Source: Candidatus Latescibacterota bacterium
GTDB lineage: Bacteria; Latescibacterota; UBA2968
Assembly (NCBI GenBank): GCA_965204375.1
Contig: OZ241986.1
Span: 192,001-256,000 of the forward strand
Direction: 5' to 3'
DNA: 64,000 bases
Positions 28,992 through 38,846 of this stretch are shown here, piece by piece. Position 1 is the first letter of the stretch; every line of letters starts with the position of its first letter. The translations under genes and the position numbers were made by a program. The notes below the pieces were generated by a model. It searched no databases. It was not told the origin of the DNA and saw only the letters and a program-made list of their open reading frames with translations.

Positions 28992-29077
28992 GTTTGACTG
29001 ACCAATCACTAAGGCCGAATATACTCGCGTAGCTTAAAAAAACAGCCCGTCCAAAAAGTTGGATGGGCTGTCTTTTT
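28992..29077 (+). terminator. Direct repeat copy 2 containing a bidirectional terminator hairpin
   Basis: A-run ACAGCCCGTCCAA-AAAG-TTGGATGGGCTGT T-run between convergent genes. Confidence 0.8.
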
Positions 29078-29096
29078 GCTTGTATCACTGAAGGGG

Positions 29097-29420
29097 CTAT
29101 TTGATAGCGAGTTCTTCGTCTTCTTCTTCCAGATATACAGTTTCCTGAAAGGGGTCGCGGTCGAGGCGGTCGCCCAGGATAACGGTTAGCACGGCACCGC
29201 CTGCAAATGCGGTTATGAATCGCGCACCGGAAAAGAAGGCGATGGCTGCAGCTATGAGGCTGTTGCTGATTACAGCGGTGATTATGAGGTCATCTGTCTC
29301 GGGTGTTCTGTGGCGTTTGCGATAGGGTTTATCGAATAGCATGCGGAGGGCATTGCCAGCTACTGTGCCGGTCAGGGCGAAGGCTATGAGCAAAATTATG
29401 GAAAATAGTCGAAAGATCAT
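29097..29420 (-). CDS. Small membrane protein, unknown function
   Basis: 2-3 hydrophobic segments, acidic tail; ATGA overlap with upstream gene. Confidence 0.65.
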   Translation of the reverse strand: MIFRLFSIILLIAFALTGTVAGNALRMLFDKPYRKRHRTPETDDLIITAVISNSLIAAAIAFFSGARFITAFAGGAVLTVILGDRLDRDPFQETVYLEEEDEELAIK

Positions 29421-29821
29421 GGAGTGTCCTTATCAAATCCGCCTTCACGCGCCTGGCGGGTCATTTCCTGGATAAGTTTGGGGGCGGGGTCTTCCCATCC
29501 TTCGGGTTTGAGTATTTTGCCGTCTTCTCGGCGAATGACTTTTCCATTTACGACTTTTTGCATGTTTGCATTGTGGACGATGTCGAAAAGTGGGTCGAGG
29601 TTGATGCCGTTGCGTACGGCGAAATCACAGATGTAGTAAATTGCATCGACGAGCGCGTCAGCCTGTTCTGTGACGGTTTGCGCGTCCATTAATTCGTCCA
29701 TTTCATCGTTGACCATTTCTCGTATGAATGCGATGCCTTCTGCTGTCATGTTTTGCGGATGTGCTGGCAGGTCGTCGTTACAGGCCATTGTAAATTCGCG
29801 CACTTGAGCGGTGTATCCCAT
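29417..29821 (-). CDS. MazG-like/PRA-PH superfamily NTP pyrophosphohydrolase
   Basis: DEMDEL...QADALVDAIYY, VHNANMQK, REDGKILKPEGW; start MGYTAQV after GGAG. Confidence 0.82.
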   Translation of the reverse strand: MGYTAQVREFTMACNDDLPAHPQNMTAEGIAFIREMVNDEMDELMDAQTVTEQADALVDAIYYICDFAVRNGINLDPLFDIVHNANMQKVVNGKVIRREDGKILKPEGWEDPAPKLIQEMTRQAREGGFDKDTP

Positions 29822-29841
29822 GCGTACTCCCGGTGATAAAG

Positions 29842-29889
29842 TAAGATGTAGAAGGTGAGACGTCCCCAGCCCCCAGTCCCCAGCCTCCA
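29842..29889 (-). repeat. Composite heptamer repeats (GGGGRCT)n + (TCTYACN)n
   Basis: Same composite arrangement as 61683-61753. Confidence 0.65.
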
Positions 29890-30060
29890 ATTACTATTGT
29901 TCAGTAGAAATTACTCTGATTGAGATAGCTATGCAACACAATGTTTATACGGTTTATTTGGTTACGCGTTTTTGGTCTTTGACTTTTGGGCGTTGCGTCT
30001 ATATTTTTTGGCGCGATATTTTGTTGGCAGGTGACTATGACGTGAAAGGATTTTCATTAT

Positions 30061-31287
30061 ATGGCGAGTATTAATGCAAATTACGACAAATTGGCTGCGG
30101 GATATTTGTTTCCCGAGATTGCGCGGCGGACACAGGTTTTTCTCGATGCGCATCCAGAGGTGTCCGTGATGCGGTTGGGTATTGGTAATACGACCGAGCC
30201 GCTGACGAAGAGCGTGATTGCCGGTTTGCACGATGCGGTGGATCAGATGGCGCGTGTGGAGACGTATCGCGGCTATGCCGATGGTGGAGAGGGCGAGCCT
30301 GAGATGCGGGAAGCTCTGGCGAAGCGCTATGCAAAGTACGGAGTTGATCTCGATGCGTCTGAGGTTTTTGTGAGCGATGGTGCCAAGTCGGATTCGGCGA
30401 ATATCCAGTCGATTTTTGGTATGGATAATGTGATTGCTGTGCAGGATCCGGCATATCCGGTATATGTCGATAGCAATGTGATTGCCGGACGGACGGGCGA
30501 GGCGGTGAACGATCAGTACGAGGGACTGGTTTATATGCCGTGTACTGAGGAGAATGGTTTTATGCCCGAGGTGCCAGATGAAAAGGTGGATTTGATCTAT
30601 ATTTGCAGCCCGAATAATCCAACGGGTGCTGTGGCAACGCGAGCGCAGTTGCAGGCGTTTGTGGATTATGCAATAGAACACAGGGCGGTGATTATTTATG
30701 ATGCGGCTTATGCCGGGTACATTTCGGATGCGGCTTTGCCGCGAACGATTTACGAGGTTGAGGGGGCAAAGTCCTGCGCGATTGAGATCAATAGTTTTTC
30801 CAAAGATACCGGGTTTACAGGTGTGCGCCTGGGATGGACGATTGTGCCGATGGATCTGGTGGTAGAAGACGCAGAGGCGGGCAAGTTGAATACGCTGTGG
30901 GGCAGGCGTCAAAATACGTTTTTTAATGGTGCTTCGAATATTGTGCAATTGGGTGCTTTGTCGGTGTTTACAGAAGAAGGCGAGCGAGAATGCCAGGAGA
31001 TGATTGCGTATTATATGGAGAATGCGCGCATTATTCGGGCGGGACTGAGAAATATTGGGTTGACGGTTTTCGGCGGTGTTCACGCGCCCTATTTGTGGCT
31101 CAAGACACCGAATAGCATGTCGTCGTGGGACTTTTTTGACAAGTTGTTGTCAGAAGCCCATGTTGTGGGGACGCCCGGGTCGGGTTTTGGGCCTGCTGGC
31201 GAAGGTTATTTTCGTTTGAGTTCGTTTGGTCATCGAGAAGATGTCGAGCGGGCAGTGGCGAGTATTCAGGTGAATTTGAAAATTTGA
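30061..31287 (+). CDS. dapL: LL-diaminopimelate aminotransferase
   Basis: GYLFPEI, LGIGNTTEPL, SDGAKSD, DPAYPVY, PNNPTG, SFSKDTGFTGVRLGW, GTPGSGFG. Confidence 0.95.
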   Translation: MASINANYDKLAAGYLFPEIARRTQVFLDAHPEVSVMRLGIGNTTEPLTKSVIAGLHDAVDQMARVETYRGYADGGEGEPEMREALAKRYAKYGVDLDASEVFVSDGAKSDSANIQSIFGMDNVIAVQDPAYPVYVDSNVIAGRTGEAVNDQYEGLVYMPCTEENGFMPEVPDEKVDLIYICSPNNPTGAVATRAQLQAFVDYAIEHRAVIIYDAAYAGYISDAALPRTIYEVEGAKSCAIEINSFSKDTGFTGVRLGWTIVPMDLVVEDAEAGKLNTLWGRRQNTFFNGASNIVQLGALSVFTEEGERECQEMIAYYMENARIIRAGLRNIGLTVFGGVHAPYLWLKTPNSMSSWDFFDKLLSEAHVVGTPGSGFGPAGEGYFRLSSFGHREDVERAVASIQVNLKI

Positions 31288-31296
31288 GGTGAAGAG

Positions 31297-32742
31297 ATGA
31301 CGCGATCCAATCCAAATATTATTTTTATTCTGGCAGATGATATGGGCTATGGAGATCTGGCGTGCCAGAATATAGAGTCTAAAATTCCAACGCCCAATCT
31401 GGACAGGTTGGCGTCACAGGGGGTGCGTTTTACCGATGCCCACGCGCCGTCCAGCGTTTGTACGCCAGCGCGTTATGCGATTCTTACGGGGCGGTATTCG
31501 TGGCGTACTCGGTTACAAGGCGGCGTGTTGTGGCCCTGGGATCCGCCTTTGATTGATCCGGGCCGAACGACGGTGGCGACATTGCTGCGAGATCAGGGGT
31601 ATCGCACGGCCTGTATTGGGAAGTGGCATCTGGGATGGAACTGGGAGACAAAGGATGGACGTGCGGCCTATGAGGGCGCAGAATACGGGGTGCTGGGCAG
31701 GGATCAGCGGTATGAATTGGGTAAGAATATCGATTTTAGTAAGCCGGTCACTGGCGGTCCTGTAGAATGTGGATTTGATTATTACTTTGGCGATGATGTG
31801 CCCAATTTTCCGCCTTATACCTGGTTTGAAAATGATCGGCTGGTGGATGCGCCAGTTGAGGAGAAGCCCGAGGAGATGTTTGGGACGCCCGGAGCTATGG
31901 CGCCGGGATGGTCGCTTGAGGCGGTGATGCCCGAGTTGACCCGACGCGCGGTTCAATATATTGAGGCGGCGGATGATCAACCGTTTTTTTTGTATTTCCC
32001 CCTGACTGCGCCGCACACGCCGATTGTTCCAATAGATGAATTTAAGGGTATGAGCGAGGCGGGTGAGTACGGAGATTTTGTGTGTGAAGTGGATTGGACT
32101 GTGGGCGAGGTGATGGCGGCTCTTGATCGAAGAGGGATTGCCGAGAATACGCTGATTATTTTTACCAGCGATAATGGGCCGGAAAATTTCGCGTATAGAC
32201 GGATCCAGGAATACGGGCATTACAGTATGGATGGCTTGCGAGGGTTGAAACGCGATGTGTGGGAAGGTGGGCACCGGGTTCCGTTTATTGCCAGGTGGCC
32301 CGGTCAGATTGAGGGGGACCGGGTTTGCGATGAGGTGATTTGTATGTCCGATTTTATGGCTACGGTGGCGGCGATAACCGGCGTGTCTTTGTCGGAAGAT
32401 ATGGGTGAAGATAGTTATAATATATTGCCCGCGCTTTTGGATGAGGCTTTTGATACGCCTATTCGGGAGGCAACTGTGCATCACAGTATTCGAGGGAAGT
32501 TTGCCATTCGGAAGGGGCGCTGGGTGTTGATTGATGCACCCAATGGGGATGATAATAAAGAACCGGATTGGTTTGTGGATGAACGCGGATATGTGCCCCA
32601 CGATCATCCGGGCGAACTTTTTGATCTCGAACGCGATCGGATTGAGCGATTTAACCGTTATGGAGAATATCCCGAGGTCGTTGAAGAACTCAAAACTTTG
32701 CTCGAAAAGTATAAGCGAGAGGGCCGAAGTGTTTCGCGCTGA
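31297..32742 (+). CDS. Arylsulfatase (formylglycine-dependent)
   Basis: PNIIFILADDMGYGD, CTPARYAILTGRY, GKWHLG, SDNG, EGGHRVP. Confidence 0.95.
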   Translation: MTRSNPNIIFILADDMGYGDLACQNIESKIPTPNLDRLASQGVRFTDAHAPSSVCTPARYAILTGRYSWRTRLQGGVLWPWDPPLIDPGRTTVATLLRDQGYRTACIGKWHLGWNWETKDGRAAYEGAEYGVLGRDQRYELGKNIDFSKPVTGGPVECGFDYYFGDDVPNFPPYTWFENDRLVDAPVEEKPEEMFGTPGAMAPGWSLEAVMPELTRRAVQYIEAADDQPFFLYFPLTAPHTPIVPIDEFKGMSEAGEYGDFVCEVDWTVGEVMAALDRRGIAENTLIIFTSDNGPENFAYRRIQEYGHYSMDGLRGLKRDVWEGGHRVPFIARWPGQIEGDRVCDEVICMSDFMATVAAITGVSLSEDMGEDSYNILPALLDEAFDTPIREATVHHSIRGKFAIRKGRWVLIDAPNGDDNKEPDWFVDERGYVPHDHPGELFDLERDRIERFNRYGEYPEVVEELKTLLEKYKREGRSVSR

Positions 32743-32753
32743 GCGGTAGAGGA

Positions 32754-33695
32754 ATGAATTTTATGAGATGTATTTTTTGCATCCTGATTGTATTTGCTTG
32801 TATTGGCACGGCCAGAGCAGAGATACAGGTCGCGTTTCGCTTTGAGGCTGTTTTTGGCGAAGTAGGGGGTGGCGATGGGCAGTTTCTCGATCCCGAGGGA
32901 TTGACTCTGGATACGTCGGGCAATGTGTTTGTGGTGGATACCGGGAATGATCGCGTCCAAAAATTGTCTCCAACTGGCACCTTTTTGAGGGCAGTGGGAG
33001 GACCGGGCTGGGAAGATGGGCAATTTAATAAACCGGGTGGTATTGCCGCGAGCAAGGGGCTGGAGATTTATGTAGCCGATGGTCGAAATCGTCGCATTCA
33101 GGTGTTTAATCTCAATTTGCGTCTTCTATCGGTGATTGGCGGGGCGGATGCTGGTGGTTCTATGGATCTGGGTACGCTCAGTGGTATTGCCGTGTCGGAT
33201 GCAGATGAGATTTTGGTGAGCGATATCGATGCGGATCAACTGGTGCAGATCGATACGTATAGCCGCGTTGATCGCAGTTTTGGTGGGTTTGGGTATGGGG
33301 CTGGCAATTTGCGGCGGCCTTTGGGGATCGCAATAGAGGGGCGTGAGGTGGTTTATGTTTGCGATAGCGAGAATGATCGGATTGCGGTATTCGACAGGTT
33401 TGGCAATTTTCAAAAGACGATGGGTAAAGATATTTTATTGCAGCCCTCGGCGCTGTGCGTGGGGCCTGAGCGGACGTTGATTGTAGCGGATACGGGCCAC
33501 CATCGCATTGTGGTTTTTGATCTCGATTCTGGCGGGGTTGCAGGGTTGTTGGGCGGTCCCGATCCGGGAAAGGGTGCGATGGCGTTCCAATTTCCCCGGG
33601 GTGTCGTGCTTGGACGCGCTGGCAGGTTGTTCGTTCTGGATTCGGGTAATGGGCGCATTCAGAAGTTGCAAATACAAGTTTCAAGGATGAAGTAG
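32754..33695 (+). CDS. Secreted NHL-repeat beta-propeller protein
   Basis: Signal peptide; repeats such as GQFLDPEGL...VVDTGNDRVQK, ADGRNRRIQVF, ADTGHHRIVVF. Confidence 0.88.
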   Translation: MNFMRCIFCILIVFACIGTARAEIQVAFRFEAVFGEVGGGDGQFLDPEGLTLDTSGNVFVVDTGNDRVQKLSPTGTFLRAVGGPGWEDGQFNKPGGIAASKGLEIYVADGRNRRIQVFNLNLRLLSVIGGADAGGSMDLGTLSGIAVSDADEILVSDIDADQLVQIDTYSRVDRSFGGFGYGAGNLRRPLGIAIEGREVVYVCDSENDRIAVFDRFGNFQKTMGKDILLQPSALCVGPERTLIVADTGHHRIVVFDLDSGGVAGLLGGPDPGKGAMAFQFPRGVVLGRAGRLFVLDSGNGRIQKLQIQVSRMK

Positions 33696-33799
33696 AAAGT
33701 GTGAAGTGTGAAGTAGGAAGTGTGAAAGGTGAGATGAAACACCAGCCTTTGGGCGGTTGGGTGGGGTTTCTCACTTCTCCCTTCTTCCTTCTTACTTTC
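33689..33799. repeat. Inverted heptamer arrays (GAAGTGT)n ... (TCACTTC-like)n
   Basis: gaagtag aaagtgt gaagtgt gaagtag gaagtgt, then tctcact tctccct tcttcct tcttact. Confidence 0.7.
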
Positions 33800-33855
33800 T
33801 TGGATGTTCCGCAGGGGCGGGATGTCCTATTTTTTTTAGACACGAGACGCGAGAG

Positions 33856-36800
33856 ATGAGTTTTGACACCCTTCGTATTGCTCAGAGTATTGCATTTTTT
33901 TTCTTGTGCGTTGTGACGGTACACGCACAGGTTCCCGTGCCAGAGCAGTTTACGTTGTTCGATGGGGAGAAGGTGTTTCAATCGGATGGGAGCCGCGGGC
34001 CTTTTGCGATTTCTGACCGTGCGATTGAGGCGGCGAGCGAACGGGTTTGGGTAGATGGGGTGTTGCGCATTCGGGATCGAGATTATGTGGTGGATGCCGA
34101 TCGCGCGTTGCTGACGCTTTTGCGAGATGTTGCGCGGGGTGTGGAGATTGTGGTGCGTTTTAGACAGCGTCCTCTGGTGACCGCGCCTGTGGTTCAGCGT
34201 CGCCAGTTTCAACCGGGGGAAGGTGGTGAGGATCAACCGATTGTGCGCGTGTTTTCTCCGCCTGTTGTGCGAGATAGGGATGAAGAGCAGAAGTTGACGA
34301 TTGGCGGTCATAAGAGTATTTCTGTAACTGCGGGATCTCAACACGCGGTTCATCAGGCTTTGCAGTTGCGTATTTCGGGCGAGGTTGCCGAGGGGGTCAA
34401 TTTATTGACTGTGCTGTCCGATCGCAATTTGCCAATAGGCGAGCAGGGGGGATCAAAGCGGTTGCAGGAATTGGATCGCGTGTTTTTTCAGGTTGACGCC
34501 GATCAGGTATCGGCTACGCTCGGCGATCTCGATGTGGCGTTTGACGGGACTGTGTTTGGGCGCTATCGGAGGCAGTTGCAGGGCGCGCGCGTGTTGGCCC
34601 ATCGGGAGAAGGGGCAGGTTGCGGTTTTTGGGGCGGTATCGCGGGGGCGTTGGGAAACGCGGCGGCTGGTGACGGTTGAGGGGTTTCAGGGACCTTATTC
34701 ATTGTCCGGTGGTGGCTTGAGAGGACAAATTGTGCCGGAGTCTGAGCGCGTGTATCTCAATGGGCGATTGCTCATCCGCGGGGATGGGGCAGATTATACG
34801 ATTGATTACGAGCGCGGGCATGTGGCGTTTATGCCTGAGATACCGATTGGGGTCGAGAGCCGCGTTACAGTGGAGTATCAGGTGATTGATGCCGGTATGA
34901 GAAGCCGGCTGATGGGTATGGAGTCCCGCGTGTCGCTCGGTGAGGGAATGTCTGTGGGGACGACGCTGATTCGAGAGTCTGATCGTCCCTCATTGTCGCC
35001 CGGAATAGCTTCAGTGCAGCGTCAGTTGGGGGTGGTGTATGCGACGTACACGCCGTGGTCAAATGCGTGCGTTTCTGGGGAGGTTGCCCTGAGTGATCGA
35101 GATTCGGGAAGCGGGCGGGGGGTTCGCATGGATGGCGCGTTTGCTGGGCGCAATTTTGAAGTCACGGGTCGGTTTCGTCAGGTTGGGGCCGATTTTGAAG
35201 CATTTGAGCGATTGGACAGAGGGCGGGCTGCCGGGCGATGGGGGTGGCAAGCCGATACTGCGCGAACCGCCCAACGCGAGGGCGAGGTGGCTGTGCGTTG
35301 GGATTTGGGCAAGGTGCTTTCTGTTACCGGGGAATACGGTCAGCATGTGGGTGTTGTGCGAACAGATCGGAAGAGTGTGGGGATCCGTTCGCCCGTGGGA
35401 ATGTACCGCTATGAGTCGCTCGGGCGCGATAGTGGTGGGATGCGCCGGCACGAGGGGCAGGTTGAAGTGTCGATGGGGGAGATTGTGCCGGGATTCCGCT
35501 TTTCGCTGGAAAATGGAGTGGGCGATGGTGTGAGTAGCAGTTCGCTTTTTTATGCGGCGCGTCCGCGTGTTTTGCCCCAGGGCATTGACAAACAGGAGTT
35601 GGTGTGGCACATGGGCATTGGCGAAGGACGAAATTGGTCGTGGGTATCGGAGTTGAAATATCGGAAGTTCAGGCAGAGAGAAACGGTGTGGCAGGATAGT
35701 TTGCGCGGTTGGTTGCATACCCACAGGGCACAGGTGACAAATTGGAAGGGCTGGATTTTTTCTGGTTCTTATACGCACGGCGAAATCCAGATCGGGCGCG
35801 AACGTCAGCAGACGACGACGCATCTGGGGCGCGTGCGATTGGGGCATAATCGTCCCGGCTCGTCACATCAGATAACGTATCGCGTTTCGAGTACGCGGGT
35901 CAGTCAGCCCATTTTTGTCGAGGTAGCGTCCGGGCTGGGAGAATATATTTGGGAGGATGCCAATGGCGATGGTTTGCGCGATGTGGAAGAGTTTGTGCCC
36001 GATGTCGATGGCGATTATGTGCGGGTTTATGATTACGGGCAGTTTGCCCCTGCTCGCGATGGTGCGCTGGGCATGCGCGTGGAAATTGATTTTCGGCGTT
36101 TGATTGGAGATGAGCACTTTTTATCCGTTGTTGCGCTGGATGCATCGCTGCGTACAGAGCGGCAGATTGCGATTGGGACAAAGCACGCGGCTCCTTGGAA
36201 TCTGTTTGGTTTTGATGCGGGTGCTGGGATTTTGGGTGCTCGCAGGGATGGGCTGGTGCGTCTTTATTTGTTTCGGTATCACAGGCGGGGATCGCTGCGT
36301 TTGACTGCGCGCGTGCGCGATCAGGTCAATCGGGCGTTTTACGGAGGTGCTGCCGAATTTTTTGTGCAGGGTGGCGCGTTGGGAAAATTGAGGCCTGTCG
36401 ATCGCCTTGAACTGGAGACGGAATTTGATTTGGGGCACAGAGCACGCGAAGGCGCAGGTGCTTTTGCCTATCGCATTGATGGGGCGAGTGGTGCGCTGCG
36501 CTGCGCGTTCAGGTCTGCGCATAAATGGTATTTGCGTTTGGGCGTTTTGAGTGGGCGAGATTGGGAACGCGTCCGGGCGTTGCGTGCGTGGCATATCGGC
36601 GTTCAGCCAGAGGTGATTTACGCTTTGCCCGGTCGCGGGCGATTGCGCGGGCGATTGGATTGGACGCGGGTTTGGGCGACGGATACAGCACCCTTATTTT
36701 TGGGGTTGGCAAGGGGAAATCGCCAGGGACAGAACTGGGCGTGGCGATTGGGGATGGATTACCGTTTTGGCAAATATGTATCGGCGCGGGTGATGTACGA

Positions 36801-36867
36801 TGGGCGCGTAAGACCTGCTCGTCAGACCATACATCTCGGGCGCGTGGAGATGCGGGCGGTGTTTTGA
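33856..36867 (+). CDS. Large outer-membrane beta-barrel protein with SprA-like motifs
   Basis: Signal peptide ending VHA-Q; two motifs SERVWVDG..RDYVVD and SERVYLNG..DYTIDYERG; alternating beta-strands; C-terminal F. Confidence 0.65.
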   Translation: MSFDTLRIAQSIAFFFLCVVTVHAQVPVPEQFTLFDGEKVFQSDGSRGPFAISDRAIEAASERVWVDGVLRIRDRDYVVDADRALLTLLRDVARGVEIVVRFRQRPLVTAPVVQRRQFQPGEGGEDQPIVRVFSPPVVRDRDEEQKLTIGGHKSISVTAGSQHAVHQALQLRISGEVAEGVNLLTVLSDRNLPIGEQGGSKRLQELDRVFFQVDADQVSATLGDLDVAFDGTVFGRYRRQLQGARVLAHREKGQVAVFGAVSRGRWETRRLVTVEGFQGPYSLSGGGLRGQIVPESERVYLNGRLLIRGDGADYTIDYERGHVAFMPEIPIGVESRVTVEYQVIDAGMRSRLMGMESRVSLGEGMSVGTTLIRESDRPSLSPGIASVQRQLGVVYATYTPWSNACVSGEVALSDRDSGSGRGVRMDGAFAGRNFEVTGRFRQVGADFEAFERLDRGRAAGRWGWQADTARTAQREGEVAVRWDLGKVLSVTGEYGQHVGVVRTDRKSVGIRSPVGMYRYESLGRDSGGMRRHEGQVEVSMGEIVPGFRFSLENGVGDGVSSSSLFYAARPRVLPQGIDKQELVWHMGIGEGRNWSWVSELKYRKFRQRETVWQDSLRGWLHTHRAQVTNWKGWIFSGSYTHGEIQIGRERQQTTTHLGRVRLGHNRPGSSHQITYRVSSTRVSQPIFVEVASGLGEYIWEDANGDGLRDVEEFVPDVDGDYVRVYDYGQFAPARDGALGMRVEIDFRRLIGDEHFLSVVALDASLRTERQIAIGTKHAAPWNLFGFDAGAGILGARRDGLVRLYLFRYHRRGSLRLTARVRDQVNRAFYGGAAEFFVQGGALGKLRPVDRLELETEFDLGHRAREGAGAFAYRIDGASGALRCAFRSAHKWYLRLGVLSGRDWERVRALRAWHIGVQPEVIYALPGRGRLRGRLDWTRVWATDTAPLFLGLARGNRQGQNWAWRLGMDYRFGKYVSARVMYDGRVRPARQTIHLGRVEMRAVF

Positions 36868-36976
36868 TCCGCAGAAAAAAACGCGAGTAATTTGAGCGTT
36901 TTTCGCAGATGAACGCAGATGGAAAATCAAATGCAGGAGCGGCATCCCTGCCGCGATTGGGGCTGAGAATAGGTAG

Positions 36977-38647
36977 ATGAATACAGATAAATACATAAAG
37001 GTATGGCGATACTTTCTGCTTGCGATGTGGATGGTCTGTGTCGCGTCCAGCGCGGGGGGAGAGGTGCGTGCGATTGTGAAGCGCGTGCAGGTTGAAGGTG
37101 CGCGGTCTGTAAGTGTGCGCGATGTGCGGGGATGGTTGGTTACGCGGTCAGGGGTTGCGGTGGATTCGGCGTTGTTGCGAAAGGATGTTTCCCGCATTTT
37201 GAAGGGGTATCAGGCGCGTGGATTCTGGCATGTGGCGGTGGCTTTTCCCAGGGTTGCAATGCGCGGTGGCGATGTGGCGGTGGCTTTTGAGATTACTGAG
37301 GGGGTGCGTACACGGGTTGCGTCTGTGGCGTTACACGGTGATTTGATCTTTGAGCAATCGGATGTGCTTATGGCTTTTGGTCTGGCGCAGGGTATGGTGT
37401 TGCTCGAAAGCGATTTGAACCAGCGGTTGGATCATCTGTTGCGTTTTTATGAAGATCGGGGCTACCCGTTTTGTGCGTTGCGTCCAGATGTGCAATTTGA
37501 TGGCGATGGCGCGTGCGTGCAGGTGGTGGTGTCGCCCGGTCCTCTGGTGCATGTCGATGCGGTGCGTTTTGAGGGCAATCAAACGACTCGAGAAGATGTT
37601 TTGTTGCGGCATATTTCGTTTGTGGCAGGCGAGGTCTATGACCAGCGTCGCGTGGATGCTTTTGTGAGGCGGTTGCAGATTTTGCCGTTTATTGACCGGG
37701 TTTATACGCCTGAATTCGTATCTACCAATGATGAGATGACTCTTGTGATCAGTGTGGAAGAGTCGCGACATACGCGCATTGAAGGGGCGCTCGGTGTGGG
37801 ATCTGGACAGGGTTTGACCGGGGAGATTGCGCTCGATGTTCTGAATTTTTCCGGTGGGGGGCGAGAGGGTTATGCGCTTTGGTCTCGGCAGGGGGTGGGG
37901 TTGTCGAATTTGCGCGTGTCGTATCGCGAACCCTATGTGTTAAAAAGTCCGCTTTCTGGTTGGGGGGTGGTGGAGATGGTTGCGCGCCCGGGGTATGTGA
38001 CGCATAAGTTTGGAGGGGGTGTAGATGTTTCTGTGGGTGATGGCGCGCGCTTTTTTGGTGGTGTTGCACACAGGCGCGTTTTGCCCGATTCCACGGGGTT
38101 GGAATTTTACGGGGCTGAAAGGATGTGGTCTCTCGAGTCGGGTGTTCGATTTGATCGGCGAGGGCATTCTATGAGCGGCTGGCTGGCGGAGATCAGGGGA
38201 GAGGTCGGCGAGGTTTCAGGTGGGATCAGGCGGGTGCAGTGGGGGGTTGATGGTCAGGTGTTTTTGCCTGTGGACAGGCAGTCTGTTATTGCGGGACGGG
38301 CGCGCGCTATGTGGGTGGGACAAAAGGGGGATGTGCCGCAGTCTGCCGGTATCTGGCTGGGGGGCGCACAATCGCTGCGGGGCTATCGGGAGGAGATGTT
38401 CTGGGGGACAAATGCGGGGTGGGTCAATGTGGAGTGGCGGTGGTTGTTGGGGCCGAAAGCGCGGCTTTTTGCATTTGTCGATGTGGGCAGGATTGAAGGG
38501 GCAGGGACGCGTTCATGGCCCGTGTCCTATGGTGTAGGTCTTTTGGCAAATGGACGTATGGGTGCAGTTGGGATAGATTATGGTTTGCCACGGGGTGAGA
38601 GTTTGGGGCAGGGTATGGTGCATGTGCGGATGGTCAGTGCGTTTTAG
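36977..38647 (+). CDS. BamA/TamA (Omp85) family protein with POTRA domains
   Basis: Three POTRA-like repeats (VEGARSV, LHGDLIF, FEGNQTTREDVL), LGGAQSLRGY, C-terminal F. Confidence 0.88.
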   Translation: MNTDKYIKVWRYFLLAMWMVCVASSAGGEVRAIVKRVQVEGARSVSVRDVRGWLVTRSGVAVDSALLRKDVSRILKGYQARGFWHVAVAFPRVAMRGGDVAVAFEITEGVRTRVASVALHGDLIFEQSDVLMAFGLAQGMVLLESDLNQRLDHLLRFYEDRGYPFCALRPDVQFDGDGACVQVVVSPGPLVHVDAVRFEGNQTTREDVLLRHISFVAGEVYDQRRVDAFVRRLQILPFIDRVYTPEFVSTNDEMTLVISVEESRHTRIEGALGVGSGQGLTGEIALDVLNFSGGGREGYALWSRQGVGLSNLRVSYREPYVLKSPLSGWGVVEMVARPGYVTHKFGGGVDVSVGDGARFFGGVAHRRVLPDSTGLEFYGAERMWSLESGVRFDRRGHSMSGWLAEIRGEVGEVSGGIRRVQWGVDGQVFLPVDRQSVIAGRARAMWVGQKGDVPQSAGIWLGGAQSLRGYREEMFWGTNAGWVNVEWRWLLGPKARLFAFVDVGRIEGAGTRSWPVSYGVGLLANGRMGAVGIDYGLPRGESLGQGMVHVRMVSAF

Positions 38648-38670
38648 TTTGTGATAAAAAGCGCGAATAG

Positions 38671-38831
38671 ACGGAGCGGTGTACAACTGACCGCCTCTCA
38701 GGCCAGTTCATAGACGAACCCCGCCCCGAACCCAAAACCATTGCGATTTTTGGCGCTGATTCGTAGATTTGTAGATTCGTAGATTCGTAGATTCGTAGAT
38801 GAACTGCTGGCGCAGTTGTACCCCGTTCCGT
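38671..38831. repeat. REPIN/MITE-like inverted pair enclosing (GATTCGTA)x5
   Basis: ACGGAGCGGTGTACAACTG..CAGTTCAT ... ATGAACTG..CAGTTGTACCCCGTTCCGT. Confidence 0.75.
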
Positions 38832-38846
38832 AGAAAGGAGAGTTTT

